Made by a program: the position numbers and the translations under genes | Shown: positions 25,101-37,840 of the stretch, in pieces | Numbering within the stretch: position 1 is the stretch's first letter | Layout of the letters: every line of letters starts with the position of its first letter | Assembly (NCBI GenBank): GCA_043228905.1 | Contig: JBHGNT010000009.1 | Span: forward strand, 14,384,001-14,448,000 | Origin: Azolla caroliniana | Lineage: Eukaryota; Plantae; Polypodiophyta | Direction of reading: 5' to 3' | Length of the DNA: 64,000 nucleotides | Notes under the pieces: model-generated | Told to the model about the DNA's origin: nothing | Seen by the model: only the letters and a program-made list of their open reading frames with translations | Databases searched by the model: none

Positions 25101-27787
25101 TTCCGGCATGGATAGGAACGAGTCAGACTGACGCGAGTCCGACTCCGAGGGAACTGGTGACGGGTCTTTAAAGGTGAAGACCGCGTCGACCGAGAAGGCC
25201 TCGACATCGGCTAATGTGAGATTACGCCGATCTACCCGCCAGAAGAATCCTGTTTTGCGGTTCGGATACAACGAGTACATGGCGCATCATTATGCGTACA
25301 TGACCCGTGTAGCGGAAGTGCGTGAGCCGGAGAGCTACGCAGAAGCGGCTAAAGACGCGAATTGGCATGCTGCGATGGAGGAAGAGATGCACACATTGGC
25401 GGAGAACGAGACCTGGGACCTGGTTGACGCACCAACAGGGGTAAAACCGATCGGGTGTAGGTGGGTGTACAAGGTCAAGTACAACACCGATGGCTCGGTC
25501 AACCGGTACAAGGCTCGGCTAGTGGCAAAGGGCTACGCGCAGAAACACGGCATCGACTACGATGAGACGTTTGCGCCGGTCGCGAAAATGACGACCGTCC
25601 GTGTTTTGCTCGCAGTAGCTGCGGTGAAGGGGTGGCACTTACATCAGATGGATGTAAAGAATGCGTTTCTGCAAGGTGACCTTGAGGAACAGGTGTACAT
25701 GGTACAACCCCCCGGATTTCACTCTGGAACGAACTCCTCGGCAATATGCCGACTGAAGAAGTCCCTTTCCGGACTGAAGCAAGCTCCGCGTGCCTGGAAC
25801 GCGAAGATCACGCAACAACTGTGTCGGATGGGCTTCGTCACGTCAAAATCAGACTCTTCCCTGTTCATCCGGAAAGGTCGACTCGGACCGGTTAGTATTT
25901 TACTATATGTTGATGACTTGGTCATCACCGACGCTGACCTTGGAGAAATCGACCGCGTGAAGCTCCAGCTTGCGGCATCGTTCGACATGAAGGATCTGGG
26001 GGACCTTCATTACTTCCTCGGGATCGAAGTGATCCGTACCCCCGAAGGCATATTGATCAGCCAACGTCATTACGTGCTGAGTATGCTCTTCAAATTCGGG
26101 ATGGCCGACTGTAAGTCAGTTTCGACTCCTCTGGACAGAACTGTCAAGCTTCGTCCCGATACGGGAACGGTATGCGACCCGACGAGGTTCCGACAAATTG
26201 TTGGAAGCCTCATATACTTGACCATCACCTGAACCGACCTCAGTTATCCGGTCGGAGTGATCAGTCAGTTCATAGCGCGACCTACCGAGGAGCACCTCCA
26301 GTGTGCGCAACGCATACTTCGGTATGTCAACGGCACTAAGGACCGAGGACTGCTATATCGGACCGGTGCAGCCGCGTAGTTAGTCGGCTACACCGATGCT
26401 GATTGGGCTGGCAACGCCGCAGATCGCCGATCCACGTCCAGATACGCGTTCTCCCTCGGGAGTGCCGCGATCACGTGGAGCAGTAAGAAGCAACCGAAAG
26501 TTGCATTGTCAAGCACCGAAGCTGAGTACCGAGGAGTGGATGTCGCGACATGTGAAGCCATATGGTTGAAGCGGTTGCTTAGGGACCTACAAGAGGAGGT
26601 GTCAGATCCAACGACGATCTACTGCGACAACCTCAGCAACATCCAGCTCGCGAAAAACCCCGTTTTCCACGCACAGACCAAGCACATTGAGGTGCACTAC
26701 CATTTCGTCCGTGAGCGTGTCCTTTCCGGTGAAGTCGAACTTCAGTACGTTCCGACGGATCGGCAGACTGCCGACATCTTCACCAAGCCTCTTGGTCTGG
26801 ACAAGTTGCGGCAATTCGCAGGTGCGCTCGGATTGCGTCACCTCAACGTGCCAAACTTGAGGGGGAGAACAGTCCCGAACGACCAAGCAAGGCAGCAGGA
26901 AAGGAGCAGAGACCGCGACACCGAGTCGGTTGATTCGATTGTCAAGTTGGACTTCAGATCGGCTGAAGAAGCCGAGGGTGGACCCGCGGAAAAGTCCGGA
27001 AGCGGACAAAAGGGGAGCAACTGAAGGAGAGAGCCGAAGCCAACCACGGATGGGGAAGATGACGCCACCGAGGGCGAGAAGACCGAAGACGAGTTGGAGA
27101 CAGCCAACTCGGACGAGAGCGAAAACCGATCGGAGGTAGCCGAGGCAGTTCGGATGTTTGATTCAGATACGCTGAATCAACCGAGGCCCAAGCGGAAGAA
27201 AAGGCACCAGGAGAAGCATCAACACCGCAACAACAGAAGAGCTGATAAGGGCTGCATGAGCAGACAAGCCGACCGGAAGGGTCGAAGCGCGCGGAGTCGA
27301 ACAGGTCGAGGAGCGTGAGCGAGGCGTGAACCCAGGAGGAACCGGAGCTGTGAGCCCGAGGATCCCAAAGAGCCTCGAGTTGAGCTTGAGGGGGAGTGTT
27401 GAGAGACAAGCTCAACATCAGCCAGATCGGCTGAAGAAGCCGAGGACCGGATCGGTTGGGACCGATCGGTTAGGCCGAGTGCGTAAACCGGGAGGCCATT
27501 AGGAAAGATATTCCGTGAGTAATATATTTGGGAGTTAGTGTAGGAGCTCTTAAAGAGCATTGAAGTACGGTCAGTACTTCGGTCAGTCCTTCGAGGACTT
27601 GTATAAAAGTGTTCATGGAACACACATATGTACAGTGTAGTGAATTGAGATCTTTTGTTAAGATAGTTCTTGTATTTTCTCTCTCTCACTCTCTCTGTCT
27701 CTCCCGTGTATACTGCGTAAGCTCAAGCTCTCCATTAAACCTGAGTTTTCTTCCTTCTGTTCGGTCTTCATACTTGCTTCCGCACGT
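22107..27787 (+). mobile_element. Near full-length Copia retrotransposon C2 inserted in the C1 integrase
   Basis: LTRs 22107-22508 and 27397-27787 (about 9 mismatches by eye; last ~11 bp and TSD lost). PBS TGGTATCAGAGC at 22509. gag zinc knuckle CWYCGKKGHRESEC, protease DSGAS, INT RSDGGKEY, RT YVDD, RH ADIFTK. Scattered premature stops. Confidence 0.95.
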
Positions 27788-29085
27788 AACCAGACCATAA
27801 TGGATAGGGTCCGAACTATGCTTGCACATGCAAAGTTACCGAAGACGTTCTGGGCTGAGGCGCTGATGACAACGGTGTATGTGATAAACCGATCACCCTC
27901 ACAGTGATATTCCACAAAGGGTGTGGAGCGACAAAGACGTACCATACCAACACTTGAGGGTGTTCGGTTGTCTTGCCTATGTGAATGTTGCAAAGGACTA
28001 GAGGGGAAACCTGGACCCGAAATCTTGACCATGTATATTTCTCGGCTATGACGACGATGAATTCGGTTATCGGCTATGGAACTTTGCCGAGAAGAAAGTG
28101 ATCCGGAGGTAAGATATCGTCTTCATGGAAGTGAAGACGATTGTCGATTGGGAGAATGAAAATAAGTCTCCAGCTACCGAATCGAACCGAGTAGAAGTCG
28201 ATTCGATCGAAATCGAATCCAAGCCAGTCGACCGATTTAATACTCGGCAAAATTGAGAACCAACTGAAGAATAAGGGGAACCGGCCGAATGAGGAACCAA
28301 ATTTGACTCGGTTGAAGAAATCGAAGAAGAATTGATTGTATCCAATGGAGGTAGACGATATTCCCTAAGAGAGAGAAGTCCCCCCCCCTTGAAGATTTCT
28401 GGATGAAGAGCATGTACTGGTAACTGATGAGGGGGAGCTGGAAAGCTTCGAGAAAGCAAAGAGAGATACCCATAGCTGAAAGTGGTTAAGTGCCATGCAA
28501 GTGGAGATGGATTCATTGCATGAGAACCACACATACAAATTGATCGGATTGCTGAAAGGGAAAAGGGCACTCCGGAACAAGTGGGTATACAAGTTGAAAC
28601 CGGGAGATGGCGGGAATCCACCCAGGTACAGAGCACGAATTGTCGTGAAAAGTTTTCAACAAAAGAAGGGTATCGATTTTGACGAAATATTTGCCCCAGT
28701 ATTGAAGATGACATCAATCCGAACAATGCTGAGCATCGCGGCCAACATGGATCTCAAAGTCGAGCAACTGGATGTCAAGATTACCTTCCTTCATGGAGAT
28801 TTGGAGGAAGAGATATATATGCACCACCTGGAAGGATTCGAAGAGAAAGGTAAAGAAAACCTAGTATGTTGATTGAGAAAGGGCCTGTATGGGCTGAAGC
28901 AGGCACCTCGACAATGGTACCGAAAGTTCGAATATTTAATGGTGGATCACGATTTCAACAAGATACAAGCTAATCATTGCGTCTTTGTTAAGAAGTATGA
29001 TGGAGGAGATTTTCTCATCCTCCTATTGTATGTTGATGACATGCTGATTGTCGAACAGGACCTGAGGAAAATCAGAAGCTAGAAG

Positions 29086-32000
29086 TGTTGAGCTTCGTTC
29101 ACTTCGAGTCGAGAGAGAGACCGATTGTAAATAGGTAATATCATCGAAAAACCAGAAAAATAGCAAATGCACAGAAAACACAGATTTACGTGGAAACCCT
29201 AAACGGGGAAAACCACGGGAGAACAAATCTTCACTATACAGTGGATATACAAGATGACGAGATTACAACACTCTCTCACAACAGAGTGTAACAGCCTCAC
29301 AGGGCTCTTGACGTCTAAGCTCACTCAACTATGGCATCGTTCCCTCTCACTTACACTCACTCTTCTCTATCGCATTATACAACATAGCCTCACAACTATT
29401 CTATTCTACATGCCTCTATGTTTGCCCTAAGTGTATTTATACTTATACACTACATGGGCCATTTACAAATATAGCCATTGCTACTATTATTCCTATTATA
29501 ACAATAATAGTTAATCAGTCGGCGGGATTCGACTAGTTGACACCAATGTTGATTGTCCAGTTGGCCTAACTAGTCGGCCTTATCTTCGACCATCCGGTTG
29601 GCCCGACTAGTCAGTCGTGTCTTCGACTTGGACTCTCCCACTATCGACTCCATGTCTTCGATTGTTGGTACTCGGCATGACCAGTCGGTTGCACCCATAG
29701 GAGGGACATATTCCTAACAAAATCCCCCTTCACTCCTATGGGTGGAGTCGGTTAGTCTTGTCCTTTGTCGCCATACTCTGAGTCTGTTCATCTATAGGTC
29801 CTTTTTCAACATGTCAGATGCATTGTTGTCAGTATGGATCTTCACATTCTCCTAGAACCAGTGATACCTTCTCTATATGTGCTTGGTTCGAGAGTGGTAC
29901 ACGACATTCTTTGCTAGATGTTTGGCACTCTGGCTGTCACAATGAAGCAATAACTCCCTTTGCTTTATCCCCAACTCACAGAGAAAATTTCTCATCTAGA
30001 TTAGCTCTTTATCAGCCTCTACTGTTGCCATGCACTCTGCCTCTATGGTCGACAAGGCCACAGACTTTTGCAGTCGTGACTGCCACGACACTGCACACCT
30101 TGCATAGGTCATCATGTACACCGAAGTGGATCAAGCTTATTGCTCCCACAACAAATGGTATGTCTGGTCTCGTATAGACAATAGCATGTATATGATATTT
30201 CTTCATCTCAGTCTTTTGTTTCTCCCCTCTCGGGCATTGCTTGGCATTCAACTTGTAGTTGATCGGCAACACAGAGCTGATTGGCTTTGCCTCTGACATG
30301 TTGAATCTTTCTAGGATCTTCGTCATGTATTTCTCTTGAGACAACCACAACACTTTCTTAGTTCTATCTTGAACTATGTGCATCCCCAGGATTTGTTTTG
30401 CCGGTCCAAGATCTTTCATAGCAAACGACTTGCCTAGTGCTTTCTTCAAGCTCATGATCCTCTTTGTGTCTTGTCTGACTATCAATATGTCATCCACATA
30501 TAATAAGAGAATCAAGAAGTCCTCTTCATTGTACCTTTTGACGAACACACGATGATTAGTCTCTGTTTTCTGGAACCTGTGTTCCTACATGAAAGTCTCG
30601 AACTTCTTGTACCATTGGCGTTGAGCTTGCTTTAGACCATATGTCAAGCTTTTCTTCAGTTGACACACCAGGATCTCTTTCCCTTTCACCTCAAAACCTT
30701 TAGGTTGTTGCATGTAGATTTCTTCATCCAACTCCACATGCAAGAATGTTGTCTTGATATCTAACTATTCGATCTCTAGATCCATTCTGTCAACGATGCT
30801 CAAAACAGTTCGGATGGATGTCATCTTCACGACTGATGCGAATATTTCGTCGAAGTCGGCACCCTTTTTTTGTTGAAACCTCTTCACCTTGTAGACCCAT
30901 TTGTTTCTGAGTTCTCTCTTACCTTTTGGTAGTTCTACCAGGTCATAGGTGTAGTTCTCATGCAAGGAGTCCATCTCATCTTGCATTGCACTCTGCCAAT
31001 TTTCTTTGTGCTCATTGGCTATGGCTTCTCCATAGAACTTCGGATCGCCTTCATCAGTCAAGAGGATGTATTGAATGGCATATGTCATTGGTGCTCTCCT
31101 TTGTCTGAGTGGGTATCTCCTTCCACTCGTTGTTGGCTCCAGTTTGGATCTCTCTGTCGACTCCACTCTTAGCTCGGATTAATATGTGTCGATCGGTCGT
31201 TGGGATTAGTTGATTCCGATTGGTAGTCCTCGAACAACTTCAATAGGTTTGCCGACTCCAACTCATCTGTATTTGGTTGCTCTGAGTCCACTGACTCGGA
31301 TTCGGCTGTGCCGATTGGCTATCTCCGAACAACTAATTGTGTTAGTTCACTTGGGCTTAAGTCGGTACTAGTGGGAGTTGACTAGGAAGTCGATTCAGAA
31401 TTTTGTTGATTCCAATCCTCTATTGTTTTGTCTTCCAAGAAGACTACATCCCGACTCCTCACAACCTTCTTATCGACTAAGTCCCACAACTGGTAACTGA
31501 ACTCGTCCTCTGAGTATCCCATGAATATGCATGGTTTCGACTTACTGTCGAGCTTCGACCTCTGATCCTTAGCCACATGCATATACAGTAAGCATCCGAA
31601 CACCCTCAGGTGTCGGTAGGAGACATCCTTTCCTGTCCACACCCTCTGTGGGACATCACCTTTCAATGGTATTGACGAGGACCTGTTGATCAGGTGGCAA
31701 TTGTGTACATCGCCTCAGCCTAATACGATTTCGGCATCTTGGCATGCGACAACATGCTCCTTACTCTCTCCATAATTGTTCGATTCATCCTCTCTGCAAG
31801 CTTGTGCAACTCAGGGGTCTTTGGTACAGCGTATTCAATTCGAATACCTGGGCGTTGCAGTATTCCTCAAACTTCCCTTTATATTCACCACCATTGTCGG
31901 TTCGGATAGCCTTCATCTTCTGACCCGACTCTCGTTCAGTTCTTGTTTGGAACTCCTTGAACATTGCCAGTACGTGATCCCTGGACTTCAACACGAAGGC

Positions 32001-33688
32001 CCATGTTTTCTAACTATAGTCATCAATAAACGTTATGAAGTACTGTGCACCTTCATGTGACGGGGCATCTACATAACACACATCTGTGTGTACTAGTTCC
32101 AGTGCAACTTCTCTTCTTCTTGGTGGTCTCTTGTGGAATGCCGCTCGGTTTTGCTTTCTGACTAAGCAATCGACACACTTCTCACTATGTGGTCTTGTGT
32201 GGAACTCCTTTCACTTATGGGAGATGTTCCTGGTAGGCCAGGATGTGGATTCCCTTCTCAATCATGTGACCAAGCCTCTTATGGCATAAATCTCCACTTG
32301 AGTCGACTGCCACATTCACTTCCGACTTGCACAATCGGGCATGCATCATATACAATGTGCCTTCTTTCTGTGCTTGTGCCACTATGAGGTTTCCACGACA
32401 GAACTTCCACTTGCCGTTCTGGAAGATACCACTGTAGCCTTCGTCATCCAACCTTCCAGTTATATCAGATTCAATTTGATATCAGGCACATGTCGAACTT
32501 CCCTCAGTGTCAGTCGACAACCTGTTGACGTCATCAAGCACACGCTTCCAATGCTGACTATCTTGCACTCTCCATGATCTCCCATCTTTACATAGCCATG
32601 ATCCCCGGCTATGTAAGTTGGAAAACACTCTCTCGACGGAGTTATGTGTAATGATGCACCCGAGTTGATTACCCAGGTGCACTGTTCACTTGCAAGATTT
32701 GTGCTTGCCTGCTCACAAATGAACATAATCTCCTTTGCACTCATAGCTACTCCCGATGTGCCCTTTTCATCAAGAATCTTCCTAGGTTCGACATTATTTC
32801 CGACACTCTTGTCCTTCTTGAGGTGTTGATAGTCCTTCTGAAAGTGTCCAGTCTTTCCACAATAGAAGCATGTTAGCTTACCTCTGGACTTGGATTTGGG
32901 ATGAGACTTTTCTCTCCTTAGTGGAATCCTTTGCCGGTTCCATCCTCTGTTGGTATGTGGAGTAAAATTTAACTCCGACTGGACCAACACACCCTTGTCC
33001 TTCCTTCTAGTCTCCTCATTCAAGATGCTTGTCTTTACCGCTTGTAGAGACAAGGTTTCTTCTTGACACGAGGTGTTGAGAGTCACCACTAGATTCTCCT
33101 AGCTGTCCGGTAGGGTGCACAATAGGAGGATGGCCTGCATTGCATCCTCAAGGGGAAACTTGGTCGTTGCAAGTTGATTCACATACCCCATGAATGTGCT
33201 AATGTGCTCGACTATGCTTTCCACGTCCTTGTATTTCAGTCTCACGATCTTTCTCATCAAGGATGTTTTGTTGAGGGTGTTGTTCCTCTCATATAAATCT
33301 GACAGCTTCTGCCACATCTCGTAGACGTTTGAGTTGTTTGCCACATGTTGAAGGACACTAACATCAACGCACTGTCTGATGGTGGCCACCACCTTCCTAT
33401 TTTGGAGTTTCCATTCAGACTCTAATACCCCCGTGGGTATTTCTGCTCTGTCGATTGGCTCATACAGGTCTTTGACTATGAGAAGGTCCTCCATTTTTAT
33501 CTTTGAGTCCGCATAGTTCTGAGAGTTTAGAACTATCATGCTTGGGAAGCCGCTCACACCTCCTTCCATCTTCAACCTAGCTCTGATACCAGTTTCTGGA
33601 GCTTCATTCACTTCGAGTAGAGAGAGAGACAGATTGTAAATAGGTAATATCGTGGAAAAACTAGAAAAATAGCAAATGCACAGAAAAC
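29086..33688 (-). mobile_element. Copia retrotransposon C3, degenerate, inserted in the C1 RT
   Basis: 3' LTR 29086-29719 with adjacent PPT. PBS complement GCTCTGATACCA at 33580-33591. 5' LTR from ~33595, interrupted at 33688. gag, CFYCGKTGH, RTDNGGEY and LLYVDD fragments. Confidence 0.9.
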
Positions 33689-36600
33689 TGTTAGCCGACT
33701 AGGGAATGAGTTGGACAAGTATGAAAGCGTTGAAGTTGACAATGTTCGGAAATTATAGAGTTGGAGTCGTCTCAACTAGGCGGATCGATGAGTCAGCAGT
33801 TTTCCGACTAAATAATAATTACGAATATTTAAGTTAGTTAGAAGTTTTGTAGTTCTTGCCGACAAGGCAAAATGTAGTTCTTGATAAGGTAGTCTTTCAG
33901 GTTACTTATAAAAAGGAACCGAAATCATTGTACTATTATCGTCTATTTTTAGTTAATATAGTTTTTAGTTATAGGAATTCTGAGCACTTGTGTCGATAAT
34001 ATTGTTCTCTATAATTCTGTTATGCTATAATTGTACTAACTAAAATAGTCGATCACGATACAAATATAGTATCGTAGGTTACGATTAATCTAGTATAATC
34101 CATTCGTATTCCACAGTTCTTTGATAGAACGTTCATCACAAGAATGTTTGACCTTACTGTTTGTCGGTCACAAAGAGTCGTCTGTCGGCCGAACAACATA
34201 GTAAATTTTGGCATGCTCGGTTACATCTGCATTCATCAGAGAACGAGTTGAATGGATGTCGTCTAGTCTAGATACATCAATCGGACGTAAACGGCCTCGT
34301 ACACAATCTGTCACGCAAAGTATCGATACTAATTCTGCTACTGATCAACAACACACGGGTTAGAGGTGGTCTTCAATGCCCGACTTAACCGACAATTATT
34401 CTGACAACCAACAGTCTAAAGAGGTATCATTTTACAATATATGGGGTGATGACAATATGCCTTACCCTTACTCGAAATATCAAGACGGTGCTGATGCAGA
34501 AGCGCATATTAGGGATTTATTGACATGGGAAATAAACCATGGAGCTCAGAGACTATCGGTAGTAGCCGAAGATAAGTCTAAATTTTTTGAGTTCGTCCTA
34601 TCATTGGATGGTCCGTTAGCAAATTGGTTTCAACAAAATGTCTTACGAGAATTCAATACATTCGAACAGTTAACCACCAAATTCACCCAATTATTTCATC
34701 AACAGATCCCTCAGAAAGATCTGATCGCTCAATTCTATGCATCTTATCAGGAACCGCATGAAACAGTATCACAATTCGTTATTCGGTTTCAGAATTTGCA
34801 ACTTCAAATTTCGAAGACAATTCTAGATGAGGAATTGAAGGATATATTCTTAGAAGCAAACAAAAATAATGTTTCTAGAATGCTGCAGGATAATGAAATA
34901 TTCAATAAGGACCAAGTTAGGGAACAAACAGGATAAGTACCATTACAGGAGCAAGAAGAAACTTGGAAAATTTTGGCAGATTGCCAAGTTTCGTTTCCTC
35001 TGACCGGCTTACTAAAACTGGTTCCACGGTTCGTAGAGAAGGTAGCAACTCTGATTGCACAAAAAGGGGTAGAATAGGTATCCGTTAATTATAGTCACCC
35101 AAGCAGTGGCCCGACAATTATGGATGAGCAAAACTCATCAATAAAAGTAATAATCCATGTACATGAGATAGCTGGGACAATTGTTGACAACGGATCAAGA
35201 GTGAATGTTATCAATAAAACCACCTATGACAAGTTAGGTATTACTAAATGGGATGCATGTCCATTTTGGTTACGTATGGCTGACACCAGCACAGTCATGC
35301 CACTTGGCTTAATTTGACAGCTAGATGTAATCCTAGGAGGACATACTTTTCAAATATCACCAGTAGTGCTTCACTTGGAGGCTTCTGGAGCATATCCCTT
35401 ATTATTGGGGTGCCCATGGTTAAAGACTGCAAATATTAAACAGAATTGGAATAAAAATATATTAACATTTAGGAAAGGAAAAAATAAAATTCATGTATCC
35501 ACTCAAGATAAGGTCAGTACAAATCGACAATGTCTGCCGATCCATGCAAAAGCAGTCAATATGATGGAAGGATTGGATGAAACTGAGGAAAATCACTATT
35601 TCAACGACAATCCAAACATTATTCCCTTGTTCGAGGTCGACATTTTGTAGGCTCTTACATCATATGTTGAAGATAAGCACAATGAAATTCCAATAGATGT
35701 TCAAACGATGAAGGAGTTTTGTCTCCAACAAGAAGCTACAACAAAAGAAATGTAGGTATCTCAAAGAGTTCAAGCTTCGGCATTGGAAGAAATAAATTTG
35801 GCCGACACGAGGGCAAGGGGCTTGAGCCAAAAACAGTACTGATTGCCAAGGAAATGCTATCATCTGATAAAGAACGACTCATATCCTTACTCAAACAATA
35901 TAAAGATGTATTCGCTTGGTCATTCGAAGACATGAAAGGATTGGATCCAACCTTTTGTCAGCATCAAATCAATCTTCATAAAGACGCAAAGCCAGTCCAA
36001 CAACGACGGTATCGGTTAAACCCAAACTATGCAGTCAAAGTGAAAGAAGACATCGATAAATTGCTCAGAGTCTGATTTATCAGACCAGTTAAAAAGGCAA
36101 CGTGGTTAAGTCCAATCGTGATAATGCCAAAGAAAAACGACAAAATTCGGGTTTGTGTCGACTACCGAAAACTTAATGCAACTACCGTAACAGATGTGTT
36201 TCCACTACCCTTTATCGACGGAGTCCTAGATGCAGTGGCCGGACACGAAATTTATAGTTTTTAGATGGATTCAATGGCTATAATAAAGTAAGAATGCATC
36301 CGGATGATCAAGAAAAAATGGCTTTGCTAAAAGAATGGGGAGTATTTGTGGCAATGGTAATGATGTTCGGGTTAAAGACGGCTTCTGCCACATTTCAACG
36401 GGTAATAAAAGAAATTTTTAAGGATTATATTCCTGCATTCATGCAAGTCTTCCTAGATGATTTTGTTGTCTACAGTCAGAAAACAGAATACTTTGAACAT
36501 TTAAGATTATGTTTGGAACGATGTTGACAAGGTCGGCTTAGCTTAAATCCATCTAAATGTGCATTCGGAGTAACAACTGGCTCATTGTTGGGGCATATTG

Positions 36601-37150
36601 TGAGTCAAGAAGGAATAGTAGTTGACCCATATAAACTCAAAACAATAATGGAGGCACCAACATCAATAAATGCAAAAGCTCTTAGTCGGTTCGTAAGTCA
36701 AATAAGATGGCATAGTCAAATGATAAGGTACCTTGCCGATGTTGCAATACCGTTGTATACAATGGTACATAGAACACCTTTCCAGTGGACGACTGTCGAA
36801 CAAGATGCGTACAACTGTCTAAAGAAAATGCTCTCTAAGGTTCCAGTTGTGCAACCTCCTGACTGGAACAAATCCTTTCATGTGTTCGTTGATGCATCGG
36901 ATGTAGCAATTGGAAGCTCACTAATGCAACTGTTGGAACCAAACTGGTATAAACCGGTATATTATGCTAGTCGGAAACTTTCCACAGTTGAGCGGAATTA
37001 TTCAACAACGGAATGGGAAGCTTTGGGAATGGTGTACAATATTAATAAATTCCGGCATTACCTTTTGGGGAGGAAGTTCACCTTTCATGTCGATCATTTT
37101 GCTTTATTGTATTTAGTCTCAAAGCAAGAACTTACAGGCAAATTAGCAAG
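33689..37150 (+). mobile_element. AT-rich Gypsy retrotransposon G2, 3'-truncated
   Basis: LTR 33689-34198 (TG..CA). gag, protease (IVDNGS), RT (VFLDDF) and RNase H (VFVDAS, YYASRKL) fragments. Integrase absent; fused to the C1 3' tail. Confidence 0.85.
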
Positions 37151-37840
37151 AACTTACCAAGGTGTTGTCGATCGAAAAGCTGGACGCATGCCGATAGAGA
37201 GTCAAATTGGTAAAGTACCCCATGCCGGAGTGAAGGGGGAGTTTGTTGAGAAATAGGTCCCTCCGGATGGGAAAAGCGAGAGTCGAATTGGATGGAGTCG
37301 ATTAGTAAATCTACCAAGGCCGAAAATCAAAAATCAAAAATTGAAAAATCGATTTAATAACCGATTCGGGGGACTATATTTATAAAAAGTCTTAATGTGC
37401 CCTTTGTGGGCTATATGTGTAAATAGCCCAGAAAGTTGTATTTGTATAAATACATATAGGGAAAAATTTATGTTGTGTGAGAATCATTAGTTGATCATTA
37501 TTATTGTATAGTTGGAGAAGGTAGTTGCCTCTGTAACTAGACAGAGAGAGGCTGTGTGAGTGTGTGTAATTCTGTAGCCGTCAGTCGACGAAGAAGAGTT
37601 CAAGGTCGTTGCCTTGAATCCTCTTGTTGTACTCCTCCCCTTATAGTGATTCGTTTTGGAGTTTGTGGACTCCATGTGGTTTTTCCATTTGGGGTTTCCA
37701 CATTAAAATAGTTGTGTCTCTGTATTTTCTATTTTCACTTTGTGTTTTCTGTCTCCGCACTATCTTTCACGTTCTTTGCACTCGAATATACATACAAGAA
37801 ACCGATTATGGCCGGTTTTGATCCCAACACATAACATATG

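Larger units (their letters stand above)
19837..37829 (+). mobile_element. Copia retrotransposon C1 (old), host of nested insertions
   Basis: LTRs 19837-20389 and 37244-37829 (TG..CA). PBS TGGTATCAGAG (tRNA-iMet) at 20392. PPT before 37244. gag, PR and INT at 20400-22106; INT and RT at 27788-29085. Flanks CAGAA/CATAA. Pairing of the two LTRs is likely but not certain. Confidence 0.75.
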
